Origin: an uncultured Planctomycetaceae bacterium
Lineage (GTDB): Bacteria; Planctomycetota; Planctomycetia; Isosphaerales; Isosphaeraceae
Direction of reading: 5' to 3'
DNA: 64,000 nucleotides
Assembly (NCBI GenBank): GCA_963833985.1
Contig: CAWIAD010000002.1
Span: 1,920,001 to 1,984,000 of the forward strand
The translations under genes and the position numbers were made by a program. Shown here piece by piece: positions 1 to 10,409 of the stretch; the stretch's first letter is position 1; each line of letters starts with the position of its first letter. The notes under the pieces were generated by a model. It worked only from the letters and a program-made list of their open reading frames with translations, was not told the origin of the DNA and did not search any database.

Positions 1-1120
1 GCGCTGCGACGGGTTCTTTTCCAGGCATTTGAGAACGATCGTTTCGAGGTCGCGCGGGACGCGCGGCGCGATCGACCGTGGACTTGGGGGCTCCTCTTCC
101 CGGACCTGGCGGAGGATCTCGAGCACCGAATCGGCGCGGAACGGGGGACGCCCGGTGAGCAGCTCATAAAAGATGGCACCCAGCGCGTAGGTATCGGCCG
201 CGGTGGTCACGCCGGCCCGCATCCCCTCGGCCTGTTCGGGAGCCATGTAGCCCGGTGTTCCGAGGATCGAGCCGGACGAGGTCAATCCGCCCGGCTCCGT
301 CGCGTCCACCTGCTTGGCCAGCCCGAAGTCGGTGACCATCGGCCAGAGCGTATCCGGGGGGTCGTCGCTCTTCCCCGCCAGTAGAATATTCGCGGGCTTG
401 AGGTCGCGATGAAGGATCCCGTGCTGGTGGGCATAGTGCACGGCACGCGCCACCGCCGCCATGAGCCGCGCGGCCGCACGCGGCTGGCCGTGGAACCGCG
501 CGGCCTGACTGGCGAGGTTTCCTCCGTCCACGAGCTTCATGCTGAAGTACGGATGCCCCGCGTGCTCGCCGACCTCGTAAATCGGCACGATGTGAGGATG
601 GTCGAGCTGCGCCGCGGCCCTGGCCTCGAGCTGGAACCGGATCAGGTCGTCCGGGCGGGCAAGACGGCCGGCGCGGATCAACTTGAGTGCGAGAAGCCGG
701 TTCAGGCTGACCTGACGTGCGCGGTAGATGACGCCCATTCCGCCCTGGGCGATGACCTGCATGAGCTCATAATCGCCGAAGTAATGAACCGCCTGCCCAG
801 CCCCATCCGGAGGCGCGCCCCGCCCGGCCGGGTAAGGCAGGATCGCCGGTTCCATGTAGGTCTCCTCGTTCGCCGACGCGGGGCAGGGGGCTGCTGGGGG
901 CCGGTTGCGAGGCCCACCCAGGCCGGCCAGCCGCCCGAGGTGCTCCTGGTTGTCCAGGAACGCCGCGAGCTCCGCGGCCAGCTCGGGTTCGCGCTCGAGC
1001 ACTCGTTCGCGGTCGAAGGGACGACCGGCCTCGATGGCCTCGATGCACTCGGCGATCAGCGCCGAGCCGCTGTTCGCGCTCCGGATCGTCGCGCTCTGCC
1101 CGTGCCGGAAGACTTGCCAT
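1..1120 (-). CDS. Hanks-type Ser/Thr protein kinase, N-terminal part (runs off the left edge; frameshift near ~1063)
   Basis: Manual translation gives YELMQVIAQGGMGVIYRA, LALKLI, HQHGILHRDLKPANILL, VTDFGLAK, GTPGYMAPEQ, DTYALGAIFYELLTGRPPF. The N-terminus MASLPARAERDDPEREQRLG is in another frame. Confidence 0.93.
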
Positions 1121-1187
1121 GATGCCAACTGCCTCCCGACGCAAGAAAAGGAAGCGGCCGGGACGACTGCTCAGAAGCGCGATCCCA

Positions 1188-1775
1188 TCACGTGGAAGAT
1201 TGCCCTGAGGGTTCGTCCAGCCTGGTTCTCAAGGATTTCAGCCCGCGATGCAACAACCCTGCAACGGCGGCCCTGGTAAGGTCCAGCTCGCGCGTGATGT
1301 CGGCCAGGGACCAGCCTTGCAGGTAATGCAGCTCGATCGCCCTGCGCTGGTTTGCCGGCAGAGCGGCCAGGGCGACGGCGAGCCGGACGCTTTGCTCGTG
1401 CTGGCAGGCCTTCTGGCTGGGCGAGGACTCCTCGGTTGCCAGCAAGGCGTCGAGCCGTGATGCCGATTCATCGAGGGCCGCCGAAAGCGAGCGATCGCGG
1501 CGGATATCGCGCTTGCCGGCAGCCAGCTTCCTGAGGGCGTCCGCCAGGTTGTGGCCGAGGATCGCCCGCAGCCAGGCCGCCATCTCCCTCTCGGTGCGTT
1601 TTCTGGGGGCGCTCCGCTCCTGCTGGAACGCTTCGAGAAGCGTTTGCTGGACGACTCCCGAAAGATCGATCCGGTCGCGCAGTCCGGAAACGACCTGAAT
1701 GCGCGCCAGCAGCATCAGGTACGCGCGGAAGCGGTCCAGCTCGTTGGCGAAGGCGGAGTCGGCCGGTGGAGTCAT
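1188..1775 (-). CDS. ECF sigma-70 factor, kinase-associated planctomycete type
   Basis: FRAYLMLLARIQV, DLSGVVQQTLLEA, AWLRAILGHNLAD and a region-4 HTH (LPANQRRAIELHYLQGWSLADI...VAGLLHRGL). Directly upstream of the kinase. Confidence 0.92.
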   Translation of the reverse strand: MTPPADSAFANELDRFRAYLMLLARIQVVSGLRDRIDLSGVVQQTLLEAFQQERSAPRKRTEREMAAWLRAILGHNLADALRKLAAGKRDIRRDRSLSAALDESASRLDALLATEESSPSQKACQHEQSVRLAVALAALPANQRRAIELHYLQGWSLADITRELDLTRAAVAGLLHRGLKSLRTRLDEPSGQSST

Positions 1776-1911
1776 CGTCCTGTCAGCTCGAAGATGCTGA
1801 ATACAGAATGGCCGCGGGAGCAGGTCCGCGACCCGCTCCCGGCTGCTGCTCTTGATTGTACTGCGCGGGTTCGTGTCCGTCCCCGGCCCAGAGCTCGCTG
1901 GGGATCGCTCG

Positions 1912-3871
1912 CTATCCTCCGATTGGCGGCGGCAAGGCGACCTGTTCCTCGGGCCCTGCCAGCGGCAGACCCTGCCATGCCCGATCCGCCAGCGCTTGCT
2001 CGTTGCGCGCGTCATGAAGGTATGCGAGCTTCAGCCGGATGATCCGGGCCTGCAAACTTGCCGGATCGTCGCGCCGGGAGGCCAGGGCCGACTGGAGACT
2101 CCGCCAGTGTGCGTTCAGACTCGCCCGAGCGGACCAGGCTGCGGCCGTAGCCTCGGCCGACCCACCATTCGCGGTACCAGGCGACCGTCGCCGCATCAAA
2201 GGACTGGCGATTGGAGACTTCATCCTCGATGCAGGATCCGTACACCCTCGCTGCCGACCGGTCGATGCCGCCAGCCTCGAGTGCCGCGCCGCGGATGGTT
2301 TTCAGGTACATCTGCTGGTATCGGTTGACCGGTCCGCTCGCCTCCTGGCTCGTCCGTTCCAGCATGCTGAGGATCGCGGCTCCCTCACTTCTGGCTTCTT
2401 TTTCCAGGCCCATCTCACGCAGCAGGCGGCCGAGATGGGCACGCAGCAGGCGGGAATCGACGTTCAGGGCCTTGCCATCGGCTGCGCTGTGCAGCGCCGA
2501 GCGGAGGTCGGTCACGAAGCCGGTTCGAAGCAGCCGCCGGCAGAGCACGCGCACGGTTTCATCGCTGCTGGTGCGCTCCACCCTGCGCAGGATCGGCTCG
2601 ACGTACCGTCCCTCGTTTTTCAAGGTCTCGAACGCCTGCAAGCGGCGATCGGCGTCGGGGGCGCCCAGCATCCGCACCGCGGCTTCGGCCAGTCGTTCGC
2701 GCTCCGGGTCCAGCAGCTCGACGCGCCCGACCATGACGCGGACCACCTGCTTCGGCCTGGGAACCACGGTCATGGGTATGAACGTATCGGTCCAGCCCTG
2801 GGGCAGCACACAGAGCCCACGGGTGCCCTCGGTCTGGAAGTAGCTTGCCGTCCAGGTGTTGACCATGGCTTGCGCCTCCCTGGCATACAGGCCCGATGCC
2901 TCCAGCCGGCTGGCCAGATCGTGCGCGACGGCCTGCGTGAATTCCGGGAGCGGCCGCATTTCGTGCGTGCCCGGAATCACGCCGGCGATGGTCTGGCCGG
3001 GCCGGATCTCGGACAGGTAACGAAACGCCCCGCGCCCGTTCTGCACGTGGAGCACGAACAGGTGGCGGATCCCGTCGCGGACGGAGTCGCTGCGCTCAAC
3101 CGACAGGGTTCCCCCTCGCTTCGCCTCGAACCGCAGGGGCAGGTGGGCGCGGCCCAGTCCGCGGTAGAAGAGGAAGCGCTCCAGCTCGGGGGCGCTGGCA
3201 CTCCTGTTCGTACACCGAACATAGGCCGCGTCGACGTCCCGGGCATATCTCCAGAGTGCGTCGGCACTGGTCGTGGGCAGCGCGGTGGAGTCATTGTTTT
3301 GCGTTCTTTTCTGGGACTCGACGACCGCGGCCGGGAGGATCTCCGCGTTCCAGCAGATGTTGCCCGGCCCCAGGCGGTCGGGCGATTCGGCCTGCGCGAC
3401 CAGCGACGGCTCGACGCGGGCCGCCTGCGGATACCAGTGCGTCCACACGCCCTGCGGGAACCGGACTCCGATGCGGACGAGCTGCCGTCGGCCCGTGTAA
3501 AAGTAAATGACGGGCGTCTCGCCCTTGAGCAGGCTGACGGGTATCTGGAGTTGATCGCGGCCGCGCGCATGAACGAACGCAGGGAGTGCATGCTCCTCGT
3601 GGTACATGCCCTCGAGCGATGTGCCGTCCGATCCGCTCATCCCCAGGAAGGTTCCCCACTCGTGAACCACCAGGTCGGGCGTCTCCGCCGTGAGCGGTGA
3701 TGGTTTCGGCGCCGGCGCCGGCGACTCTTCAGCCGGCGGGGACGGGACCGCCAGGGTCACCGGAGGAGTGAGGTTGACGAGGCCGGCCGTCAGCAGGCAG
3801 GTCAGCCCGAATCCGAACAAACCCACGGCGCCTCTGCGAAAAGCTCGATCTGTTCTTCTGACCATGATCAT
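1912..3871 (-). CDS. Exported or membrane-anchored uncharacterised protein with VHEWGTF motif and helical (HEAT/TPR-like) C-terminus; probable frameshift near ~2100
   Basis: N-terminal hydrophobic segment, then VVHEWGTF, ETPVIYFY, FPQGVWTHWYP, ERFLFYRGLG, GLYAREAQAMVNTW, RVMVGRVELL. RBS-like GAGGAG upstream. The C-terminus likely continues in the 1912..2223 frame. Confidence 0.75.
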
Positions 3872-4056
3872 TCCGCCCTCCTCGATGGAGACTCGAATTC
3901 GAAGTGGTGCCAGCGACCCTGGTGGCATGCACCGCGTGATCACTGGGAACCGCCTGAGGAAAAGGCGTAGAGCATTGGCCGAGGGAGCGCAGGTCTCCGG
4001 GAATTCTTGTCCTGGAACGCTCGTCCAGGGTACAACTCAGAGATCCCGTCCGGACC

Positions 4057-5424
4057 GTGGTCTTGCGGGCACACGAACTCCTCTCACGGAACCTCCGAGA
4101 CCGAAAGCTCGCACCCGTGATAGCCGCCACGTCGCCACGCATACAGGTCTCGCAGGCGCGCCTGCCCACGGGCGGCGTACGCTTTCACGCGCTGGACAAC
4201 CTGCGGGCGGCCATGATGCTCATGGGGTTGCTGCTGCATGCGGGGCTGTCGTACTCGCACATGCCGCGCAGCCCGATCTGGCCGTTCAAGGACGCGCGCG
4301 CCAGCATACTTTGCGACGCGATCATGGCCGCGTCGGGACTCTTCCGCATGCCGGCGTTCTTCCTGGTTGCCGGCTTCTTCGCCGCTCTGATCCACGAGCG
4401 GCGCGGCAGCCAGGGCTTGCTCGCGGACCGCTGCCGGCGCATCCTGCTGCCGTTCGTCGCCGGCTGGCTGGTGACCTTTCCGCTGGTGCGGGCCGGATTT
4501 TTGTACGCCGAGGCCATGGTGGCGCACCATGCCGCGCCGGGGGCCTCGGCAGCGCGGGCGCTCATCGTTACGGGTCCCTATGCGGATCCGAATCCGATAC
4601 ACCTCTGGTTTCTCGAATACCTTCTGATCTATTACCTGCTGGCCTTGCCCGCGGTGCGCTGGGTGACGCGGCTCCGGGAAACGACCCGGGCGCGGTTCTC
4701 CGCCCGGTTCTGCGGGATGATGCAGTCCGGGGTGGCTCCGCTGGGGCTCGCCGTCGTGACGGCCTTGCCGCTTCTGGTCGCCCCCATGGGTCTGATCCCA
4801 GCGCCCCTGAGCTTCGTTCCCGAGCCGGTGCCGCTGGTGGCTTACGGGGGATTCTTCGCGGTGGGCTGGATGCTCTTCAGGCACGTCCACCTGTTCCCCG
4901 TGATTGGCCGCCACGCGCCGCGGAGGCTCGCGCTGGGCCTCTTGCTGGTGCCGCTTTCCGGGTTACTCCTGTGGTTGCGGTCTCTGGTGATCGCTCCGGA
5001 AGCGTTCGGTGCCTTGCCGCCGGGTGCGGAGGCAAGCCTCGCGTCCGACCAGACTCTCCGCCTGGGACTGCCGCGCCATTTCACCTGGCCCATCGGCCTG
5101 ACGGTGCAGGGCTGTCTGGCAATGACTGGAGCGCTGGTGATCTGGCTACTGGTTCTGGGAGTGCTCGGGCTCTTCCTGCGTGGTCTGAACCGTCCCCATC
5201 GCGGTCTGAGGTATCTGGCCGACGCTTCGTACTGGCTGTACCTGGTCCATTTCCCCTTGATGGTCTGGACCCCGATCCTGCTGGCGCCGCTGCCTGCGCC
5301 AGCGCCTGTGAAGTTCGCCCTGGTGCTGGGCATCACCACCAGCCTGATGCTGGCGGGGTACGAACTGCTCGTCCGGCCCACCCATCTCAGCGCCTTCGTG
5401 GGAAGCCGCCCGCCACGGTGCTGA
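4057..5424 (+). CDS. Acyltransferase family 3 membrane protein (OpgC/MdoC-like)
   Basis: RFHALDNLRAAMMLMGLLLH, FRMPAFFLVAGFF, HLWFLEYL, YLADASYWLYLVH; many TM helices. Start uncertain. Confidence 0.88.
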   Translation: MVLRAHELLSRNLRDRKLAPVIAATSPRIQVSQARLPTGGVRFHALDNLRAAMMLMGLLLHAGLSYSHMPRSPIWPFKDARASILCDAIMAASGLFRMPAFFLVAGFFAALIHERRGSQGLLADRCRRILLPFVAGWLVTFPLVRAGFLYAEAMVAHHAAPGASAARALIVTGPYADPNPIHLWFLEYLLIYYLLALPAVRWVTRLRETTRARFSARFCGMMQSGVAPLGLAVVTALPLLVAPMGLIPAPLSFVPEPVPLVAYGGFFAVGWMLFRHVHLFPVIGRHAPRRLALGLLLVPLSGLLLWLRSLVIAPEAFGALPPGAEASLASDQTLRLGLPRHFTWPIGLTVQGCLAMTGALVIWLLVLGVLGLFLRGLNRPHRGLRYLADASYWLYLVHFPLMVWTPILLAPLPAPAPVKFALVLGITTSLMLAGYELLVRPTHLSAFVGSRPPRC

Positions 5425-5472
5425 GCGCCCGGCGCGGGGAATCGCGCAGCGGAAGCCAAGGCCGCGGTGAAC

Positions 5473-7574
5473 TCACCGCGGACCTTTCTGGAGCTGCTCA
5501 CGTGCGGCCTGAGCGACGCGGTCGACCGTGAAGCCGAATTCCGCGAGCAGGTCCTTGAGCGGGGCCGAGGCGCCGAAGGTGCGCATGCCGATGCTCGTGC
5601 CGTGGTCGCCCACGAACTTGGTCCACCCGAAGGTGGAGGCCTGCTCGACGGAGACGCGCGCCTTCACATGGGGCGGCAGGACGTGATCCCGGTAGGACGG
5701 CTCCTGCTCGTCGAAGAGCTCCCAGCTCGGCATGCTGACGACCCGCGTCTTGATGCCTTCCTGCGTGAGCTTCTCGTAGGCTTCGACGCAGAGCGTGACC
5801 TCGCTGCCGGTGCCCATGAGGATGACGTCGGGCTTGCCGTCGGCGGCATCGGCCAGAACGTAAGCACCCTGGGCCAGGCCGGCCGCCGAGGCGTATTTGC
5901 GCGGTCCAGCGTGGGCAGGTTCTGACGGCTGAGGATGAGGGCGGCCGGCTGGTGGCGAAACTGGGCGACAACCTTCCATGCCTCGGCCACCTCGTTGGCG
6001 TCGCACGGGCGGATCACCACCAGGCCCGGAATGGCGCGCAGCGAGGGAAGCTGCTCGATGGGCTGATGGGTCGGGCCGTCCTCGCCGACGCCGATCGAGT
6101 CGTGCGTGAAGGCGTAGATCACCGGCAATTCCATGATGGCCGCCAGGCGAATGGGCGCGCGGCCGTAATCGCTGAAGATCAGGAATCCCGACCCGAACGG
6201 GCGGACCTTGGCGGTGGACATGCCATTGAGGATGGCCCCCATGGCGTGCTCGCGGATGCCGAAATGGAAGTTCCTGCCGTTGTAGTGACCGGCCTCGAAG
6301 TCACCGGCTCCGTCGAAGGTGAGCCGGGTCCTGGTCGAGGGCGCCAGGTCGGCGGCGCCCCCGATCAGCCAGGGGATGCGCTGGGCCAGAACATTGAGCA
6401 CCTGGCCCGAGGAAACCCGCGTGGCCACGCCCTTGGGATCGGCCGGGAACGTGGGCAAGTCCTTGTCCCAGCCTTCCGGAAGCTGGCGATGCTGCATCTG
6501 GTAAAGCTGCTGGGCGAGCTGGGGGTAGCGTTTCTTGTAGCCGTCCAGCCGGGCGAACCAGGCGTCGCGCAGCTCCTTGCCGCGCTGGCCGATGCCGTGC
6601 TGGAAGTGTTCGTAGACGCCGTCGGGAACCAGGAACTTCGCGTCCTCCGGCCATCCGTAGAACTTCTTGGTAAGCCGGACCTCGTCCTCGCCCAGGGGCT
6701 CGCCGTGGGCCCCGTGGGTGTCTTGCTTGTGGGGCGACCCCCAGGCAATGTGGCTGTCGACGATGATCAGCGTCGGCCGGTCATCGGTCTCGAGAAAGGA
6801 ATCATACGCCCGCTCCAGCAGCTCCAGGTCGTTGGCGTCGCTCACCCGCGTGACGTTCCAGCCGTAGCCCATGAAGCGTTCGCCGACATCCTCGCTGAAG
6901 GCCAGGTCGGTGCGGCCCTCGATGGTGATGCGGTTGTTGTCGTAGATCCAGCAGAGGTTGGAAAGCCTGAGATGGCCGGCCAGCGAGGCGGCCTCGTGCG
7001 AGATGCCCTCCATCATGTCGCCGTCGCTGCACACGGCGTAGACGCGGAAGTTGATGAGGTCCTCGAAATCGGGCTGGTTGAAATAGCTGGCCATCCAGCG
7101 CTCGGCGATGGCCATGCCGACCGAGTTGCCCACACCCTGACCCAGCGGGCCGGTCGTCGTCTCCACGCCCGAGGTGAGGTGGTATTCCGGGTGGCCAGGG
7201 CACTTGCTGTGCAACTGCCGGAACTTCTTGATGTCGTCCAGCGCGACCGAAGGGGTGCCCAGGACCTCGTAATCCTTGTTCACGGACTTCACGCCCGTCA
7301 GGTGCAGCAGCGAGTACAGCAGCATCGAGGCGTGCCCGGCGGAGAGCACGAACCGATCGCGGTTCGGCCAGACGGGGTCGCTGGGGTCGAACCGCAGGTG
7401 GTTCTGCCAGAGCACGTAAGCGACCGGCGCCAGCGCCATGGGCGTTCCCGGATGTCCTGAATTCGCCTGCTGGACAGCGTCCATCGAGAGCGTGCGAATG
7501 GTGTTGATGGCCAGCGCGTCCATCGGGTCCTTCGCCGAGTTGACCGGCTGCTTCACGTTCCGTTCTGAGGCCAT
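5473..7574 (-). CDS. tkt: Transketolase (frameshift near ~5900)
   Basis: DAVQQANSGHPGTPM, RDRFVLSAGHASMLLY, GHPE, TTGPLGQG, SDGDMMEG, FGIREHAM, HDSIGVGEDGPTHQP. C-terminal domain (GTGSEV, RVVSMPSWELF, FGASAP) is in the 5473..6006 frame. Confidence 0.97.
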
Positions 7575-7648
7575 GGGCGTGTCTACTCCGTGGGTTGCTT
7601 GATGAGCGCTGGACCGACCGCGATCAGCCCGGCACTGGTCAGGGTTTC

Positions 7649-8260
7649 TCAGGTGTCGACGCCGAGCTCGCGAAGCGCGGCACGCAGTTGATCAAGGCTT
7701 TCAAACTGGATGGCCCGCAGGCCGAGCTTCCGCGCGGTCTCCACGTTCACGGGCCGATCGTCGATGAAGATCCCCGCGTGGGCCGCGCAGCCGGCGATGC
7801 CCAGCGCATTGCGGTAAAGATCCTCGTCCGGCTTGACCTGGCCCAGGTAGCAGGAGGTGAGGAACGATCGGAAGATGGCGCAGAGCCCGAATTTTTGCAC
7901 CCGGTATTCATGCAGTTGGCGCGATTCGTTGTTGAGCGTGAAGAGATTGAACTGGTCCGTGGCCGCCAGCGACCGGACCCAGTCGAGCGTCTCGCCCAGC
8001 ACCCTGGATTGCTCGAACATGAGCGCCTTGAAATCTTCCGGAGAGAACGAGCGCCGGGTGTGGAAGACGGTCTTCTCGATGTAGGCATCCAGGCTCAGCC
8101 GGCCCGTCTCGAAGGCCGTCTTGACCATGCCGTGGCGCGTGTGAAAATCGCGCGGGTCCAGCTTCAGAGCCGCGATCACGCAGTCGCGTGCGGCCGTGTC
8201 CCAGGCATTGGTCAGGATCACGCCGCCGACGTCGAAGAAGAGGGTCGTGGACTCGGACAC
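7649..8260 (-). CDS. HAD-superfamily phosphatase
   Basis: Motif I FFDVGGV, LNN, KP, FIDDRPVNV. Confidence 0.9.
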   Translation of the reverse strand: MSESTTLFFDVGGVILTNAWDTAARDCVIAALKLDPRDFHTRHGMVKTAFETGRLSLDAYIEKTVFHTRRSFSPEDFKALMFEQSRVLGETLDWVRSLAATDQFNLFTLNNESRQLHEYRVQKFGLCAIFRSFLTSCYLGQVKPDEDLYRNALGIAGCAAHAGIFIDDRPVNVETARKLGLRAIQFESLDQLRAALRELGVDT

Positions 8261-8543
8261 GGATGATTCCTCGAGGATGACTCATCGCCTTTTCTTGCGC
8301 CTGATGTTATCAGACCAGCCTTGCCGCGGCCAGCGTGACAGCGCGGTACGATCTCGCTGGACCGGGGTTGCCTTGAATGTGCCGGATAACTCTGTAAGAT
8401 CATCCATGATGGCGGCTGCGTGCCTGTCGTTTTCTGGTGGTTCTCCTGTTCCCGAGACGATGGCTCCCCGTCAGGCCGGTTCGCGGTGTTTGTGGATCCA
8501 CCGCCAGTGATGATGATCCTTCCGGGAGCAAGGCGCCACGGTC

Positions 8544-10409
8544 ATGGCTCGATGGACACGCCGTCTCCCGTTCAAGGTCGATGTCGCCGGGATCATCCAG
8601 ATCATGGGCAAGTCACTCTACAGCCGGAGTGACGCGGCCCTGCGCGAACTGCTACAGAATGCCCACGACGCGATCATCCGCCGCCGGCGGGTCGACCTGA
8701 GCTATCACGGGCGGATCGATCTGCTTCCTGATCCGTCACGGCGAACCCTTGTTATCCGCGACGACGGCATCGGTCTGAGCCCCGATGAAGCCGAGACCTA
8801 CCTGGGCACGCTGGGAGCGGGAATCACCGGCCTGATCCGCGGGACACGCCTGGAAACGGCGCCTGGCGCTGGGGTGTCAGGGGACGCGGAGCTCATCGGC
8901 CTGTTCGGCATCGGGCTCTTCAGCGCGTTCATGCTGGCTGACCGAGTGGTCGTGGAGAGCCGCCGGATCGATGCCCCCGAGGGCGTGGTCTGGAGCGCCG
9001 GTGACGGCCCCGAGATCGTGCTGTCCTCCTCCGACCGGGAGGAACCCGGAACCACCGTCACGCTCTTCCTGAAGCCCGAGCACGCACGGCTCGCGGAAGA
9101 CGAGAAGCTGATCGAGGCGGCCGTGAAGGAGTTCGCGGATTTCCTTCCCGTGCCCGTCTACCTCGCCGGCGGCAAGGCGCGGATGAACCTCATCGAGGCG
9201 GCCTGGTTCGCCGCGACTCCCGATCCGGAAGCCATCGAGCAAGAGATCCTCACCTATTTTGATGAGTCGCCACTCGATGTGATCGCGATCCACACCGAGC
9301 GTCCGGCATCGATCGCCGGGACGCTCTATGTCACGCCGCGACGGACGCCGGGGTTCGCCGGCGAGGCCGTGCTGACCACCACCATCCGCCGCATGGTCAT
9401 CTCCCGCAAGACCCAGGGGCTCTTGCCCTCGTGGGCCAGCTTCCTGCGCGGGGTGCTCGAGCTGGCCGACTGCTCCCCCACCGCCAGCCGCGAGGACCTG
9501 GCGCGCGACGGCCGCTTCGAACAGGTCCGCACGACCCTGGATGAGCTGCTCTTCAGCCACTTTGAAAAGATGATCCGGGACGATTTGCCGCGCATGCAGG
9601 CACTGGTCGCCTGGCACCGGTACCTCTGGGCGGGCGCGGCCCTCTCGCACCCGCGAGTGCGGTTGCTGCTTCGCCAGTCGTATCAGTTTCCCACCTCGCA
9701 GGGCCTCCTGTGCTTCGATGAGATTCAGCAGCGCAGCCGCCAGATTGCGGCTCTCGAGGAGGAGTTCGAGAGCGTCATCTGGTTCAACCCCGACCGGCGC
9801 CAGGAGCGCTGGGCCGACGCGCTCTTCGCCGGGTGTGAGAGCCCGTGCGTGCACGCCTTCCGCGGCTTCGAGCAGTCGCTGCTGGCCATGATGGCCGCCG
9901 ACGCGGCCGCGTCGGGCACGGCTACGGACCTCCGTCTGGCCAGCCCCAGCAGCCCGGGGTTCGCCGCGCAGATCCTGGGACTCAAGGACATGGAGGACGC
10001 TCCGCGGCCGTGGCAGGAGTTCCTCGGTGCCTGCGAGGCGAGCGTCATGCTGGCGACCTTTCCGGGCGACCAGCCGGCCTTGGCGTTTCTCAACGAGCGC
10101 CACGAGCTGGCGCGGACCTTTGAAGACCTGGAGAAGCAGGGAACCGTGCCATCCAGCTTCAAGCGCATCATCGACGCCCAGTTCCGCGGCGACGAGTCGT
10201 GCCGCAATGAGGTTGTCCTGAACCGGACCCACGAGCTGGTCGCGCAGGCCCTGGAGGGGAAAACGAGCATGCCCCTAGCCAGCGTCCTGCGGCTGCTGGT
10301 GCACAACGCGCTCTCGACCGCGGGCGCGACGCTGCCGCGCGACGCCCTGCGGCTGCAAGCCGAAGACCTGGACTGGATCGCCCAGTGCTTGCGAGGACGA
10401 AAAACATGA
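8544..10409 (+). CDS. Hsp90/HtpG-family GHKL ATPase (divergent paralog)
   Basis: SLYS...LRELLQNAHDA, IRDDGIGL, LIGLFGIGLFSAFMLAD, GTTVTL, LPSWASFLRGVL, TASREDL, VLNRTHELV. Confidence 0.92.
   Translation: MARWTRRLPFKVDVAGIIQIMGKSLYSRSDAALRELLQNAHDAIIRRRRVDLSYHGRIDLLPDPSRRTLVIRDDGIGLSPDEAETYLGTLGAGITGLIRGTRLETAPGAGVSGDAELIGLFGIGLFSAFMLADRVVVESRRIDAPEGVVWSAGDGPEIVLSSSDREEPGTTVTLFLKPEHARLAEDEKLIEAAVKEFADFLPVPVYLAGGKARMNLIEAAWFAATPDPEAIEQEILTYFDESPLDVIAIHTERPASIAGTLYVTPRRTPGFAGEAVLTTTIRRMVISRKTQGLLPSWASFLRGVLELADCSPTASREDLARDGRFEQVRTTLDELLFSHFEKMIRDDLPRMQALVAWHRYLWAGAALSHPRVRLLLRQSYQFPTSQGLLCFDEIQQRSRQIAALEEEFESVIWFNPDRRQERWADALFAGCESPCVHAFRGFEQSLLAMMAADAAASGTATDLRLASPSSPGFAAQILGLKDMEDAPRPWQEFLGACEASVMLATFPGDQPALAFLNERHELARTFEDLEKQGTVPSSFKRIIDAQFRGDESCRNEVVLNRTHELVAQALEGKTSMPLASVLRLLVHNALSTAGATLPRDALRLQAEDLDWIAQCLRGRKT

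Noticed and set aside
5473..7574. tkt and other split genes as true pseudogenes or programmed frameshifts
   Set aside because: Single indels with otherwise intact coding and no evident slippery sites; sequencing error is more parsimonious.
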